From positions 32,001 through 96,000 of IMG/VR virus record IMGVR_UViG_2511231106_000004: a DNA stretch of 64,000 nucleotides. One strand, written 5' to 3'. Every line of letters starts with the position of its first letter. The stretch's first letter is position 1. Below are positions 1 through 9,802 of this stretch, in pieces. A program made the position numbers and the translations under genes. Source of the DNA: a virus (lineage: Duplodnaviria > Caudoviricetes). The notes under the pieces were generated by a model that was given only the letters and a program-made list of their open reading frames with translations, was not told where the DNA came from and did not search any database.

Positions 1-8
1 GAAATTCG

Positions 9-794
9 TCATACAAACCACCTGTTGGTATAGGTAATTTCCACCGTGCCCGCTCCTCCTGTGTACAGAAAGAGGTTGGCTCCCGGTTTGGCATGGAGGA
101 AGGTGCCCGTAAAGGCATTGATGCTGTTGTCTTTATCCCGCCAGACTGTCCCTTCCCGGCCATTCACAATGGAGGTCTTGGGAGCCACCAGCAGTGCATC
201 CGTCAGGGTGAACTTCTCTTTGGCTTCCTGGTGCCAGACCGTAAGGTTCGTCATCCGGTCCAGGGGAATGAAGCGGAAAGTGAGAGGCGTATCCACGCTC
301 CCCAGGTTGTGGAGCACCATTTCTGCCTGCACCGTGGCCTGGGGAAAGACGAACACCACCCGGGATTCCTGGGCTTCGTAGCGGAACGGGTCTGCCAAAA
401 GCAGGGATACTGTGATGTTGCTCCGCCTCTGTTTGAAACCGTTCTCAAACTTGTGCTTGATCTTGGACAAACAGGCTACATGGTAGACCCGGTCCGGTCT
501 TCCCGCCATCAGGGAATAATCCGTCTGGCCAAAGAAGGTGTAGGCCTCGTTCAGCACTTCGTCATGGTCTTCTTCCGTAGCACCTTCCATGGAAAACTCC
601 ACCTGGAGAGTCCGTCCGTCAATCTTTCCATCCCCCACTGCATCACTTCCATGGGCAAAGGCCCGGGACTGGAGCTTGCTCCGAAAAGTATAGCTGCCGC
701 TGTCCGTAAGGCTCCAATGGACCGGCAGCTTGTATTCCACCCCGTCTTTGGTGATGGTAAAATTCTGTTCGTTTTCTTTTCTTTCCGGAAACAT
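9..794 (-). CDS. Siphovirus distal tail (Dit-like) phage tail family protein
   Basis: Downstream of tape measure; 'LLADPFRY', 'NLGSVDTP' and a C-terminal 'TYTNRW' typical of Dit-like proteins. Confidence 0.7.
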   Translation of the reverse strand: MFPERKENEQNFTITKDGVEYKLPVHWSLTDSGSYTFRSKLQSRAFAHGSDAVGDGKIDGRTLQVEFSMEGATEEDHDEVLNEAYTFFGQTDYSLMAGRPDRVYHVACLSKIKHKFENGFKQRRSNITVSLLLADPFRYEAQESRVVFVFPQATVQAEMVLHNLGSVDTPLTFRFIPLDRMTNLTVWHQEAKEKFTLTDALLVAPKTSIVNGREGTVWRDKDNSINAFTGTFLHAKPGANLFLYTGGAGTVEITYTNRWFV

Positions 795-830
795 GCTCTT
801 TCACCTCCTGGTTCCCACTACCTTTTTTTA

Positions 831-1109
831 TCAGTTGTTGGAATCCTGATCAAAGGGAACGAAGTCCCCATGATTAATTTCATACCGGATTACCACGTCA
901 CCATCCTGTTTGGTGATGGCCACATCATTTTCCACGTAGGATTCAATCAGGTGTCCATTGACCATCCGTTTCTGGTAGCAGGTGGGGTTCCGATCCGTGA
1001 TTCCAGTTCCAGGATCCCCCACGATTTCGCGGATGTCAGTAGCAAAAGCCGTTCCCGCAATGCCAGCTACCAGGGCCAGAGTCATTGCCATCATTTTCAT
1101 GTTCTTCAT
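831..1109 (-). CDS. Small exported hypothetical protein (moron)
   Basis: AAGGAG RBS before ATG 1109; MKNMKMMAMTLALVAGIAGTAFA is a Sec signal peptide with an AFA cleavage site. Confidence 0.65.
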   Translation of the reverse strand: MKNMKMMAMTLALVAGIAGTAFATDIREIVGDPGTGITDRNPTCYQKRMVNGHLIESYVENDVAITKQDGDVVIRYEINHGDFVPFDQDSNN

Positions 1110-1216
1110 CGTGCATCTCTCCTTTTTGTGCATAAAGATAGGGCAGCCGGTTTTCCGGCGCCCTTGTAGAAAGCTATTAAATTCAGGTATAAGTAAAATT
1201 GTTCCAACGGTTGGCT

Positions 1217-4200
1217 TTACGCTCCTCTCAGTCCTGCCAGGACAGCATCGGTGAAGCCATCCATCAGATCATCCAGATCTGCGGCGTTGTTGATGTCTCC
1301 GTAGTTGTTGAACGTGGTGTTCATTTCCCGGTTGTCCGTAGATTCGCTGGAATTTGTGATGCCTTCGGCAATGCTGTCGAACACCGCCCTGTTCAGGGGT
1401 AAGGCCACTTCGTCACCGGCATCCCCCAGGACACCAATAAGAGGTCTTGTAAAATAGCCGCCTTTGGCATAATGAGGAGTCTTCCCCGCTCCCTGGGCCG
1501 CACCGGCAGCCGTATTGGACGCAGCTGCTGCCATGCCGATGCCCACTGCCGCGGACGTACCTCCCGTCAGAAGGCCCGTAGCGATGGGACCTGCAGACGG
1601 GTCGATGACCAGTTTCAGCCAGGCCGCAGGAGCCAGAGCCCCGGCCGCTGCCGTTCCCTGAGCCACCGTCTTGGCGGCACTGGCCGCATTGAGCTTATCC
1701 CCGAAGAGAGCTGTCACCAGCATCCCGGACAGCATCTGGGAGAAATAGCTTGCGATGGTTTTCAGCATGGCCTTTCCCAGATCCAGGAAGGCATCCTTGG
1801 CGTTCTTGGCCCCAGTCAGGATATCCGTAAAGGCTGTCTCCAGACCGCTTAAGGTGGTGGACGCCATGTCCGCGATGAGTTCCAGGGTTCCCATATGGGC
1901 ATTCATATAGGCTTCCTGGTAGGTATCCATGAGAGACTTTTCCGCATCGATGTTGCTTTGCCGGAGGGCCATTTCTGCTGTGAGAGTCTCCTGCAGCATG
2001 GCCAGGGAATTCTGGTTGTAGGCTTCATCCAGAGCTGCCTGGATGTCTTTCCCCTGGGCAAAGTAGGCGTTCCGTTCCTCCATATAGCTTTTGTAGGCTG
2101 CTGCTTTTTCCAGATTGGCCTGTTTGTCAAAGGCAATCTCGTTGGCACTGGCCTGTTCATAGGCAATGCCTTTTTCCTTCAGAGCGTTCAGGAATACAGC
2201 CTTTTCACTGGCCGTCAAAGAAATAAAGTCCTGGGACAGCTTGGCGTACTTGTCATCAATGGACGCCACGGCCTTTTCCATGTCGGACTGCATCTTCATG
2301 ACTTCCTGTTCCTGTTTGGAACCATAGAGGGTAAGTTTGGCAGTAACGGCATCAAAAGACAGGTCCCGGGCTTTGTTCATCAGTTCCCGGTTTTTGGCCT
2401 GTTCTTCCGAAAGGGCGTCCAGGCGCTTCTGGGCATATAGCTCTGCCAGACGGGTCTTATCCCGTTCGTAGTTCTCGTTGGCAGACCGGGATTTTTCCAG
2501 TTCGTCCGTTTCTTCCTTGTACCAACGATCCACCAGGGCACTCTTGGTCTGGAATGTCCGGAACCATTCTTCTTCGATACTCTTGCTGGTCTGAATAGCG
2601 GCATTGGCCAACTGATCTGTTTCTCTGGAGCTTCCTCCCCCTCCGCCACCACCAGAACCACCGCCGCCTCCTCCACCTCCAGAAGGAACTGGGATATCCC
2701 CACCTCCCCCTCGAAGATTGCTGAAGTCCGGCAGCTTAAATTCCCGTTTGGCAGGAGTGCTACTGCCCCCGCCACCTTCTCCACCGCTTTCGCTACCCAT
2801 GGAACCCAGAGCATTGTTGGTTTCCAGGATTTTCTGGATCAGGCTGGAGAGCCAGCTAATGGCTTCGCTGACAAAGTTGGCGATAGTGGAAAGGCCGCTG
2901 GAAGCCCAGGAAGGAAGAATACTATCCGCCATGTCAGACAGAATGCTTCCCACTTCATCGATACAGGAACCGATGCCTTCCACCAGATAGGTGAAGGCAT
3001 TGAGAATCCAGGTCACACATTCACTGAGGACACTGATGAAGTTCAGCACCCCGTTCACCACGGCTCCGATGATCTGGAGGGACGCATAGAAGGCGGCTCC
3101 CATCACGGCAGCCACCAGGGTGAACACCGGCTCCATTGCCTGGAGATTGGCGATGATGGTCTGGGCCGCGGCACTGATCATTGCCTGCACAGAATCCACA
3201 GCCCGGGTGACCGTTTCCATCTTGATGCCCATAGTCCCCAGCACATCTTCCACGGTCATCCCGCTTTTCCAGATGGCATAGAGGGCCGTAGCCACCGCTG
3301 CCGCAGCCGCGATAAAAGGAGCTGCAGCCACTACTGCTGCCACAAAAGGAGCCGCCATCAGGGCCACCTTGGCCACAAAAAGTCCAATGGCCGGAATGGC
3401 AAGGCCAGTGAGAGTACTCACAATGAGGAGGATTCCTGCCTGGAATTCAGGAGGAATGGCTGTCATAAGAGCTTCCGTAAGTCCGGAAGACTGGACGGTG
3501 GCTGCAAAGTTCGTCAGCATATCCCCCAGGGACTGGAAAATCCCCGTCAGGTTCAGGGCTTCCGCAAGCTGGAGCCCTACCTGGGCCGCAGACTGTTCCA
3601 GCCCATCCATCAGGGTGGACCAGGTACCGCTGATGGTCTGGCTCTGCTGATCCATCATGCCCCCAAAGGACTGCTCCATGCCGCCGACTAAGGCCGTGAT
3701 GCCCGTTGCCGCGTCAATGGCTCCCTTGGACACCATGCTCATGGCTTCCGGCACAGACACACCGATCTGGTCTGCCAGCATCTTCCAGGCAGGGATCCCG
3801 GTTTCGGTAAACTGCATCATTTCACCGGCCTGGACCTTGGACTTGGCGGCCATCTGGCCCAAAGCCAGGGTGATCCGGTTGACGCCTTCCGCCCCAAGAC
3901 CGACCCCAGCCGCGGCATCCCCAACTGCCGTAAGGGTCGGTATAACCTGTTCTGCAGAAAACCCAAAGGCGATGAACTTCTGGGCCGCCTGGGACACCTG
4001 GCTGAACTCAAAGGGGGTCTTGGCCGCAAAGTCCTGCATCTTGGCCAGAAAGTCCTGGGCTTTTTCCGCGCTCCCCAGCATATTGGTGAAGGCAGTCTTG
4101 GTACTCTGGAGACTGGCCCCTGCTTTCACAGATGCCACTCCCAGGGCAGCCAGGCCGGCCCCGATGCCGCCTAAGACGGCCAGGGATTTCTTCGAAACGT

Positions 4201-4315
4201 CCAGAGCCTCGCTCCCGAAGGCGGTCTTGATCTGACGTTTGGTTGCATTGAGTTCTTTCCGGAGGTCAGAAGTATCCGCCCCGATCTTTACCAGAAGGTC
4301 AGCGATGGTTGCCAT
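1217..4315 (-). CDS. Tail tape measure protein
   Basis: MATIADLLVKIGAD start; 'DFAAKTPFEFSQV...LTAVGDAAAG...LALGQM' tape-measure domain, hydrophobic Ala-rich middle, Gly-rich linker; follows the tail chaperone. Confidence 0.93.
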   Translation of the reverse strand: MATIADLLVKIGADTSDLRKELNATKRQIKTAFGSEALDVSKKSLAVLGGIGAGLAALGVASVKAGASLQSTKTAFTNMLGSAEKAQDFLAKMQDFAAKTPFEFSQVSQAAQKFIAFGFSAEQVIPTLTAVGDAAAGVGLGAEGVNRITLALGQMAAKSKVQAGEMMQFTETGIPAWKMLADQIGVSVPEAMSMVSKGAIDAATGITALVGGMEQSFGGMMDQQSQTISGTWSTLMDGLEQSAAQVGLQLAEALNLTGIFQSLGDMLTNFAATVQSSGLTEALMTAIPPEFQAGILLIVSTLTGLAIPAIGLFVAKVALMAAPFVAAVVAAAPFIAAAAAVATALYAIWKSGMTVEDVLGTMGIKMETVTRAVDSVQAMISAAAQTIIANLQAMEPVFTLVAAVMGAAFYASLQIIGAVVNGVLNFISVLSECVTWILNAFTYLVEGIGSCIDEVGSILSDMADSILPSWASSGLSTIANFVSEAISWLSSLIQKILETNNALGSMGSESGGEGGGGSSTPAKREFKLPDFSNLRGGGGDIPVPSGGGGGGGGSGGGGGGGSSRETDQLANAAIQTSKSIEEEWFRTFQTKSALVDRWYKEETDELEKSRSANENYERDKTRLAELYAQKRLDALSEEQAKNRELMNKARDLSFDAVTAKLTLYGSKQEQEVMKMQSDMEKAVASIDDKYAKLSQDFISLTASEKAVFLNALKEKGIAYEQASANEIAFDKQANLEKAAAYKSYMEERNAYFAQGKDIQAALDEAYNQNSLAMLQETLTAEMALRQSNIDAEKSLMDTYQEAYMNAHMGTLELIADMASTTLSGLETAFTDILTGAKNAKDAFLDLGKAMLKTIASYFSQMLSGMLVTALFGDKLNAASAAKTVAQGTAAAGALAPAAWLKLVIDPSAGPIATGLLTGGTSAAVGIGMAAAASNTAAGAAQGAGKTPHYAKGGYFTRPLIGVLGDAGDEVALPLNRAVFDSIAEGITNSSESTDNREMNTTFNNYGDINNAADLDDLMDGFTDAVLAGLRGA

Positions 4316-4651
4316 TTCCGTCAGCTCCTTTCCGTCTGAATTCCTCGAAGAAGGCATCCCGTTCTGCTACGATTTCACTGCTTGTCTTTTTGGGCAGGAA
4401 GGGTTTCATCAGCTTCTCTGTCCGTACCGGTTTCCGGGTGTGGACGCTCATGAGACAGGCCACCCAATAGGCAGTCGCCCATTTCTTCCGTTCTTCTGCC
4501 TTTACCCGGCACTCGGCCATCCGGTCCAGTTCCAGGGGAGTTAACGCATAAAACTGGGCAGGCAGAAGATGCAGGAGGCCATAGGCTACTTCTTCCGCCC
4601 ACCGCAGCCAGTCGTTAAAAGACGGGACTTCTTCCTGTCCCGCCGTCAGTT
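4299..4651 (-). CDS. Tail assembly chaperone frameshift extension (gpT-like, -1 frame)
   Basis: -1 frame is open from the A_AAA_AAC site (4649-4655): KLTAGQEEVPSFNDWLRWAEEVAYGLLHLLPAQFYALTPLELDRMAECR..., continuous with track ORF 4299..4520. Confidence 0.75.
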
Positions 4652-5020
4652 TTTTGGCTTCGCTTTTCCCTTGCCCTGTTCTTTACCAGGGTCTTCTTCC
4701 GGAAAGATAGCATAGTACACTTCTTTCCCCAGAATTCCGGAACCAGCAATAGCCTTCACCACAGGCTGGACGAATTCTTCCATCTCATGCCCCTGGTCAA
4801 TGAGTTCCTGCATCTTGGTGGCATACCACTGGGGATTCTTGATGCCGTGCTGCCGGAGGCCGATAGAAAGAAGGGCCGTCAGGATTCCCAGGTTCAGTTC
4901 CTGGTTCCGGATAATGTCCCCGGCGCTTTTGCCGGTAATGTTTTCCACCTGGATCAGCCGACCGATATCGAAATACAGATACTGGCCGGGACCAAAGACT
5001 TCAAAGTCGATTTTCTTCAT
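4646..5020 (-). CDS. Tail assembly chaperone (gpG-like)
   Basis: Between major tail protein and tape measure; ends ...PKN* on a slippery heptamer. Confidence 0.8.
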   Translation of the reverse strand: MKKIDFEVFGPGQYLYFDIGRLIQVENITGKSAGDIIRNQELNLGILTALLSIGLRQHGIKNPQWYATKMQELIDQGHEMEEFVQPVVKAIAGSGILGKEVYYAIFPEEDPGKEQGKGKAKPKN

Positions 5021-5038
5021 GGAATGTTACTCCTCCTC

Positions 5039-5521
5039 TCAGCCGCCAGTTACGGTCGCACCGTCCGCACTCTTCAAATCGCTTAAGGGCCCGTCCCCGG
5101 AAATGGTCCCGGACAAGGTGGCTACGTCATCATGAGGGGTGGACAGGCTGCATTCCGTCACGGAGCCCCAGCCGGTCACATAGCTTTTGTCCGGATACTC
5201 GAATTTAATGTGGACCTGCTTTCCTGCAAGGAAAGAGGCTTCCAGGAATTTGGCCCCCTTGTCTCCGGCCAGATACACAGATTCCAGGTCCAGGGACCAG
5301 TTCCGCAGACCGGGGATGGTGGATTTCCATCCGCTGGACGTTTTACTGCTGGCGTCGATTTCGTCTGCCTGCCGGGTCAGGTCACCGCTCCGCTGGCCCC
5401 CTAAGAGCAGCCAGGTGGGGTTAGTATCGGATTCTCCCGCGTTCAGATAAATAAGGTAATCCTTGCCGGCAGTGGCCGTGTTAGAGGCTTCGCTCCGGCT
5501 AGGAAACGTTGTAGTTGCCAT
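5039..5521 (-). CDS. Major tail (tube) protein, TP901-1 family
   Basis: 'GGQRSGDLTRQADEIDASSK...GWKSTIPGLRNWS...PHDDVATLSGTISGDGPL' motif pattern. Confidence 0.88.
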   Translation of the reverse strand: MATTTFPSRSEASNTATAGKDYLIYLNAGESDTNPTWLLLGGQRSGDLTRQADEIDASSKTSSGWKSTIPGLRNWSLDLESVYLAGDKGAKFLEASFLAGKQVHIKFEYPDKSYVTGWGSVTECSLSTPHDDVATLSGTISGDGPLSDLKSADGATVTGG

Positions 5522-5522
5522 A

Positions 5523-5927
5523 TTATTCCTCCTTATGGATGTTCTGGATGAGAACTTCCAGGGTGATCACCCCGCTGTAGCCGGTCTCATCCTCCGGGTA
5601 GGTTTCGTAGAAATCCACCCCCTGGGCGTTTACGTAAAACTCCTCTCCCGTTAGATCCAGTTGTTCCGTCCCGAACAGGTTGATCAGCTTCTCCGCCAGG
5701 GTGTTGATTTCGTACCGTCCTTTGTAGTTGCTGTAAATGTGGATATGGGCCGAAAGGTGGGTTATATCTTCTATCTTGGTGGACTTATCCTGGACCGTCA
5801 TGGTCCCCAGGGTAATAAACGGCAATACCGCTTCCTGAGGGACATAGTCGTAGACGGCCAGTCCTGTATGGTTTCTCAAAAAGGCCACCAGAGCCTTGTG
5901 TACGGCGTTATTGGGTAATCTTTTCAT
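5523..5927 (-). CDS. Tail terminator/completion protein (DUF3168-like)
   Basis: 'VYDYVPQEAVLPFITLG' motif and position. Confidence 0.75.
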   Translation of the reverse strand: MKRLPNNAVHKALVAFLRNHTGLAVYDYVPQEAVLPFITLGTMTVQDKSTKIEDITHLSAHIHIYSNYKGRYEINTLAEKLINLFGTEQLDLTGEEFYVNAQGVDFYETYPEDETGYSGVITLEVLIQNIHKEE

Positions 5928-6367
5928 GGTTCCTGGATCACTTTCTTAACCTCTCGAATCAGCTGGGGTTCCACATAGTCATAGGCCGGCTTGAAGAAAG
6001 GCTTCCCAGATTGGGCCGGAATCCGGGACCGTTTCGTAAACACAGGGCCTCCCTTAAAGAACCGGAGGGCCTTTTTCTTCTTGGGCCTTACCGTATGGGC
6101 CCTACTGCCGAATTCCACCAAATGGGCATAGGGCACATTGCTGTACACCTGGCCTTCCAGCTTCACCGTGGAAAACCGGGTCTTGATGGATTTCTTCAGT
6201 TTTCCCGATCGCACCGGTACCCGCTGCCGGGCTTCCCGGGCTACCGCGTTCGTCCCGTTTTTCAGGACTGCTTCCACCCGAAGTCTTGTCTTCCCATCCC
6301 AGGCAGAAATCTGCCGGATGGCCTTACTCAGTTCCCCTTCTGGAACTTTTACCGTAAATACGGCCAT
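5924..6367 (-). CDS. HK97 gp10-family neck protein
   Basis: 'PVRSGKLKKSI...YAHLVEFG...PFFKPA' signature. Confidence 0.85.
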   Translation of the reverse strand: MAVFTVKVPEGELSKAIRQISAWDGKTRLRVEAVLKNGTNAVAREARQRVPVRSGKLKKSIKTRFSTVKLEGQVYSNVPYAHLVEFGSRAHTVRPKKKKALRFFKGGPVFTKRSRIPAQSGKPFFKPAYDYVEPQLIREVKKVIQEP

Positions 6368-6369
6368 GG

Positions 6370-6690
6370 CTACACCCCCTGTTCATACCGATGGACGATC
6401 AGCGTGGTACTGTCCCGGTAAGTATTGTCCACGGTCTCGATTTCATAGATTTCCCCCGAAAGCTTGAACTGCCAGCCTCTCCTGATGTCCTTTCGGGGCC
6501 GGATTTTGAGACGCAATTGCTCCCGATTCATGAGAGTCCCCTGGGCTTCCTGTTCGGCATAGTTTGTCTGGATCACCTGGGCCCAGATTTTCCCTTCTTC
6601 TTCATAGTCCGTATGAAAGCCCCCGTACCCGTCTTCGGAAGGAATAGGCCTAAGAAGGGTAATCCGTTTATCCATCTTCCCGATTTTCAC
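6370..6690 (-). CDS. Head closure / head-tail adaptor (SPP1 gp16-like)
   Basis: 'MKIGKMDKRITL...DGYGG...WA' motif and position. Confidence 0.8.
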   Translation of the reverse strand: MKIGKMDKRITLLRPIPSEDGYGGFHTDYEEEGKIWAQVIQTNYAEQEAQGTLMNREQLRLKIRPRKDIRRGWQFKLSGEIYEIETVDNTYRDSTTLIVHRYEQGV

Positions 6691-6974
6691 TAGAAGGCTT
6701 CCTTCCTTTCCCCAAACAAAAGAGAGCGCAGGGTGAGAAGCAGATTGTGATAATCCGCATCCTCCCTGTGCTCATAGAGATAGGCTACCGAAAAAAGGAC
6801 GGCCATTTTGAAGGCCGCCGTTTCTTCCGGTTCTTCTTTCCGCAGGGTGTCCAGACAGAGCCGCTCGGAAGAAGCGATGAGACGGGCAATCAGGTCATCC
6901 TCCTCGTTTCCGTCTATCCGGAGATAGGCTTTGGCTTCCTCAAGCGTTATGAGTCCTGTCACTGCCATGCTCAT
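6690..6974 (-). CDS. Head-tail connector (HK97 gp6-like)
   Basis: 'TLEEAKAYLRID..EEDDLI...YLYEHRE' signature. Confidence 0.88.
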   Translation of the reverse strand: MSMAVTGLITLEEAKAYLRIDGNEEDDLIARLIASSERLCLDTLRKEEPEETAAFKMAVLFSVAYLYEHREDADYHNLLLTLRSLLFGERKEAF

Positions 6975-6995
6975 CGCCTCCCTCTAAAGCGGTCA

Positions 6996-8192
6996 TCAAC
7001 CGGCCTGGACCTGCAGGACTTTTACGGTTTCCGGCAGGATCAGGCGGCCATCCACCCGTTCGCTGGCCAGGAATCCGATCTGCCCGTTGGCTGCATAGAG
7101 TTCACTAAGCCGCTTGAACTTCCGGCCCTGACGGTCGGCAATCCAGTAGTAGGAGTAGTCCCCCAGGGCAATGACCTTGTTGCCGGCCGCCAGTTCCGGC
7201 ACGAAAGAAGACGTGCGATACGGCAGGCTAAGGATCCGGTCCGGCTGGCCCACCTGGACAGAAGGCTGCCAGATGTAGTTGCCGTTGTTGTCCTTCAGTT
7301 TCCGGATGGCTTTTACCGTGGAATCGTTCAGGATCCAGGAAGCATTTCTGCGGTAGGGGGTTCTCAGGCTGTGGTACAGATCCATCATGTCATCGAAGGT
7401 GATGGCGGTCTTCCCGGCCGTCACTCCCACTTCCGCTCCCTGGAACACACCCATAGGTTTATGCTGGCCATCGCCCACCAGGAAGGCTTCTTCTTCCTTA
7501 GTGCCGATCCGTCTGGCAAATTCCTGAGTGATGTAGCTTTCCAGGTCAAAGACGCTGTCATTCATCAGTTCTTCGGAGACCCGGATGGCAGTCCCCAGCT
7601 TATGGGCTCCCAAGTTCACCTGGCTGAAGGTGTCATCGCTTTCCGGATAGACACTGCCTTCTTCCATCCAGGCCGCTTCCCCATGGCTGGCTACAACAGG
7701 GATCGTGTGGTCCCCGGAAGACGTGCGGATGGTATGGGCCAGGCTGCGGAAGAAGTTCTCTTCCTGGAGGGCTGCCACCAGAGTGTGTTCGTATTCATCC
7801 GGGACCAGGTACCCGCCTTCGGGATCAGAACCGATGGTCAGGGTGTCTTTGATTTCCTGGATGTTGCCCTTCCCCCGGAAGGCCTGCCAGAAGGCTTTGG
7901 TGTAGGCATCGCTGGCCCGTCCCACTTTGGTGTCCGGTTTCAGGTTTCCGGCACCGGGATTGACCTTGAGTGCCGTATCAATAGTCTTATTCATTTCATC
8001 ATCGATGTTCCGCTGGCGCTCCAGCCGTTCGATTTCTTTTCCCAGGGCCACCACTTTTTCTTCCATCCGGTCGTAAACAGCGCTGTCTTCCGCAGAGACC
8101 ATGCCGTCTTTGTCCCTATGGGATTCCAGGAAGGCTTTAGCCATTTCCCAGGTGTTGGCTCTTTCTTCTCTCAGTTTCAGAATCTGATTCAT
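6996..8192 (-). CDS. Major capsid protein, HK97 family
   Basis: N-terminal coiled-coil delta domain; 'GGYLVPDE', 'KLKDNNGNYIWQP', 'ERVDGRL'. Confidence 0.95.
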   Translation of the reverse strand: MNQILKLREERANTWEMAKAFLESHRDKDGMVSAEDSAVYDRMEEKVVALGKEIERLERQRNIDDEMNKTIDTALKVNPGAGNLKPDTKVGRASDAYTKAFWQAFRGKGNIQEIKDTLTIGSDPEGGYLVPDEYEHTLVAALQEENFFRSLAHTIRTSSGDHTIPVVASHGEAAWMEEGSVYPESDDTFSQVNLGAHKLGTAIRVSEELMNDSVFDLESYITQEFARRIGTKEEEAFLVGDGQHKPMGVFQGAEVGVTAGKTAITFDDMMDLYHSLRTPYRRNASWILNDSTVKAIRKLKDNNGNYIWQPSVQVGQPDRILSLPYRTSSFVPELAAGNKVIALGDYSYYWIADRQGRKFKRLSELYAANGQIGFLASERVDGRLILPETVKVLQVQAG

Positions 8193-8204
8193 GGATATTC
8201 CTCC

Positions 8205-8918
8205 TTAATGCACAAGAAGGCCCAGCCGCTTCATGAGTTTGTCCGCGGGGACCTTGTCGTTTGCAGGTTCTTTTGTTTTCTTATTGATGGACAGTTTAGT
8301 CAAAAGAGAATTCGTAACGGCTGCCCGACTAAAAAGCATGGCATCTACGTCGGGCTCTCCCTCTTTATTCTCTTCCGTATAGAGAATGGAATCCGCAAAC
8401 CCCATCTCCACCGCTTTTTTGGCGTTGAACCAGGATTCTGCATCCATCAGCCTGGAAATCTTGTTCCGGGACAGGCCCGTCTTGATTTCATAGGCGTTTA
8501 CGATGCTTTCCTTCACTTCAGCCAGCATATCGATGGCTTTCTGCATCTCCTTACTGTCCCCGATGGCCACCGTGATGGGATTGTGGATCATCATCATGGC
8601 CACAGGGGACATTTCCACCTGGCTTCCGGCCATGGCAATGACGCTGGCTGCAGAAGCCGCCAGCCCATCAATCTTCACAGTTACCCGACCGGGATAGTCC
8701 ATGAGCACGTTATAGATCTGGGCTGCCGCAAACACATCTCCCCCAGGGGAATTGATCCAGAGGGTAATATCTCCGCTCCCGGCCATCAGCTCGTCTTTGA
8801 ACATTTTAGGGGTCACTTCATCCCCGAACCAGGTTTCATCGGAGATTTCCCCGGAAAGGTACAGGGTGCGGGCTTCTTCGCCTTCGTTCTTCACCCAGTT
8901 CCAAAATTTACGTTTCAT
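8205..8918 (-). CDS. ClpP-type head maturation protease
   Basis: 'INSPGGDVF', 'IDGLAASAASVIAMAG', 'MMIHNP'; GGAGG RBS before ATG 8918. Confidence 0.92.
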   Translation of the reverse strand: MKRKFWNWVKNEGEEARTLYLSGEISDETWFGDEVTPKMFKDELMAGSGDITLWINSPGGDVFAAAQIYNVLMDYPGRVTVKIDGLAASAASVIAMAGSQVEMSPVAMMMIHNPITVAIGDSKEMQKAIDMLAEVKESIVNAYEIKTGLSRNKISRLMDAESWFNAKKAVEMGFADSILYTEENKEGEPDVDAMLFSRAAVTNSLLTKLSINKKTKEPANDKVPADKLMKRLGLLVH

Positions 8919-8991
8919 TGGTTTCCTCCTTTCAGGCATAAGAAAAGCACCCGGTAGATTACTCCGCCAAGGTGCTGTTAAGAAATCAAGT

Positions 8992-9744
8992 CTAATTCCA
9001 ATACATGCTAAGAGTTATGCTGTTTGGATAGTCATTAAACCACATATATTCTCCAGGCACTACTTTATAACCCGCAAGTACCCCTGCTTTCGGAAGTCCT
9101 CGAAAGCCATAAGCGGATTGAAATTCATAGGGCATATTTTCACAATTAAACCCTGTCCTGTCGAAACGCCGGTTTCCGCTCCGGTAAATTCTAATGGAAT
9201 GAACCCGCTGATACATCATAGTTAATTCCAGACCAATACTTTGATAGCTCCATACAGCACCATTGGTTTTAGGAATAATAGTATCTGGGTTCCCATATTT
9301 TGCACGAACAGCTTCTTCTGTCATATCCAGATAGATCCCGCCTACTGATTCATAGTATTGTGGTTCCAATGTTCTCAAAAGTAAGGTATTCTTACTGCCG
9401 TCCTTAGCATCCCCTTTCAAAATAACATGGGGATGGTAGCTGTCCGGATATAAGCAATCACAATCCAGAGGCAGATCCCGATACCCTTCTGATTCTACGA
9501 TACGGACGATACAGCTGAAATCGCCCCCGCCGCCAGCAACCCGATAGACTCCTATGACCGGACAGCTATTCACCGTATTGTCCTGAAAATCAAGGACAAC
9601 ATTCCCCTCCTTGTCATACCATTGCCCTTGCAATTTGGACAAAACTTTAGCAGTTGGATCATAAGAAGCCATTGCCATTGAACTAAATCCAAGCAGCATT
9701 AGACCGGTAAAAAGCAATAGTACTCCTTTTTTCCACCATTTCAT
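8992..9744 (-). CDS. Exported hypothetical protein (moron between portal and protease)
   Basis: AT-richer than flanks; MKWWKKGVLLLFTGLMLLGFSSMAMA signal peptide; no counterpart at the same slot of element 2. Confidence 0.7.
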   Translation of the reverse strand: MKWWKKGVLLLFTGLMLLGFSSMAMASYDPTAKVLSKLQGQWYDKEGNVVLDFQDNTVNSCPVIGVYRVAGGGGDFSCIVRIVESEGYRDLPLDCDCLYPDSYHPHVILKGDAKDGSKNTLLLRTLEPQYYESVGGIYLDMTEEAVRAKYGNPDTIIPKTNGAVWSYQSIGLELTMMYQRVHSIRIYRSGNRRFDRTGFNCENMPYEFQSAYGFRGLPKAGVLAGYKVVPGEYMWFNDYPNSITLSMYWN

Positions 9745-9802
9745 AAACCCGCCCCCATACAATTTTAAGATAATTCTATTATATAGAGGCTGCTTTGGAA
9801 AC

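Noticed and set aside
2625-2810. Low-complexity CCN repeats as a separate element
   Set aside because: They encode the Gly/Ser linker of the tape measure protein.
6747-8957. Long plus-strand ORFs (736 aa here; also 11566..13299, 16477..18207, 21911..23677, 53059..54651 and others)
   Set aside because: Antisense shadows of well-supported minus-strand phage genes in GC-rich sequence, with no recognisable motifs.
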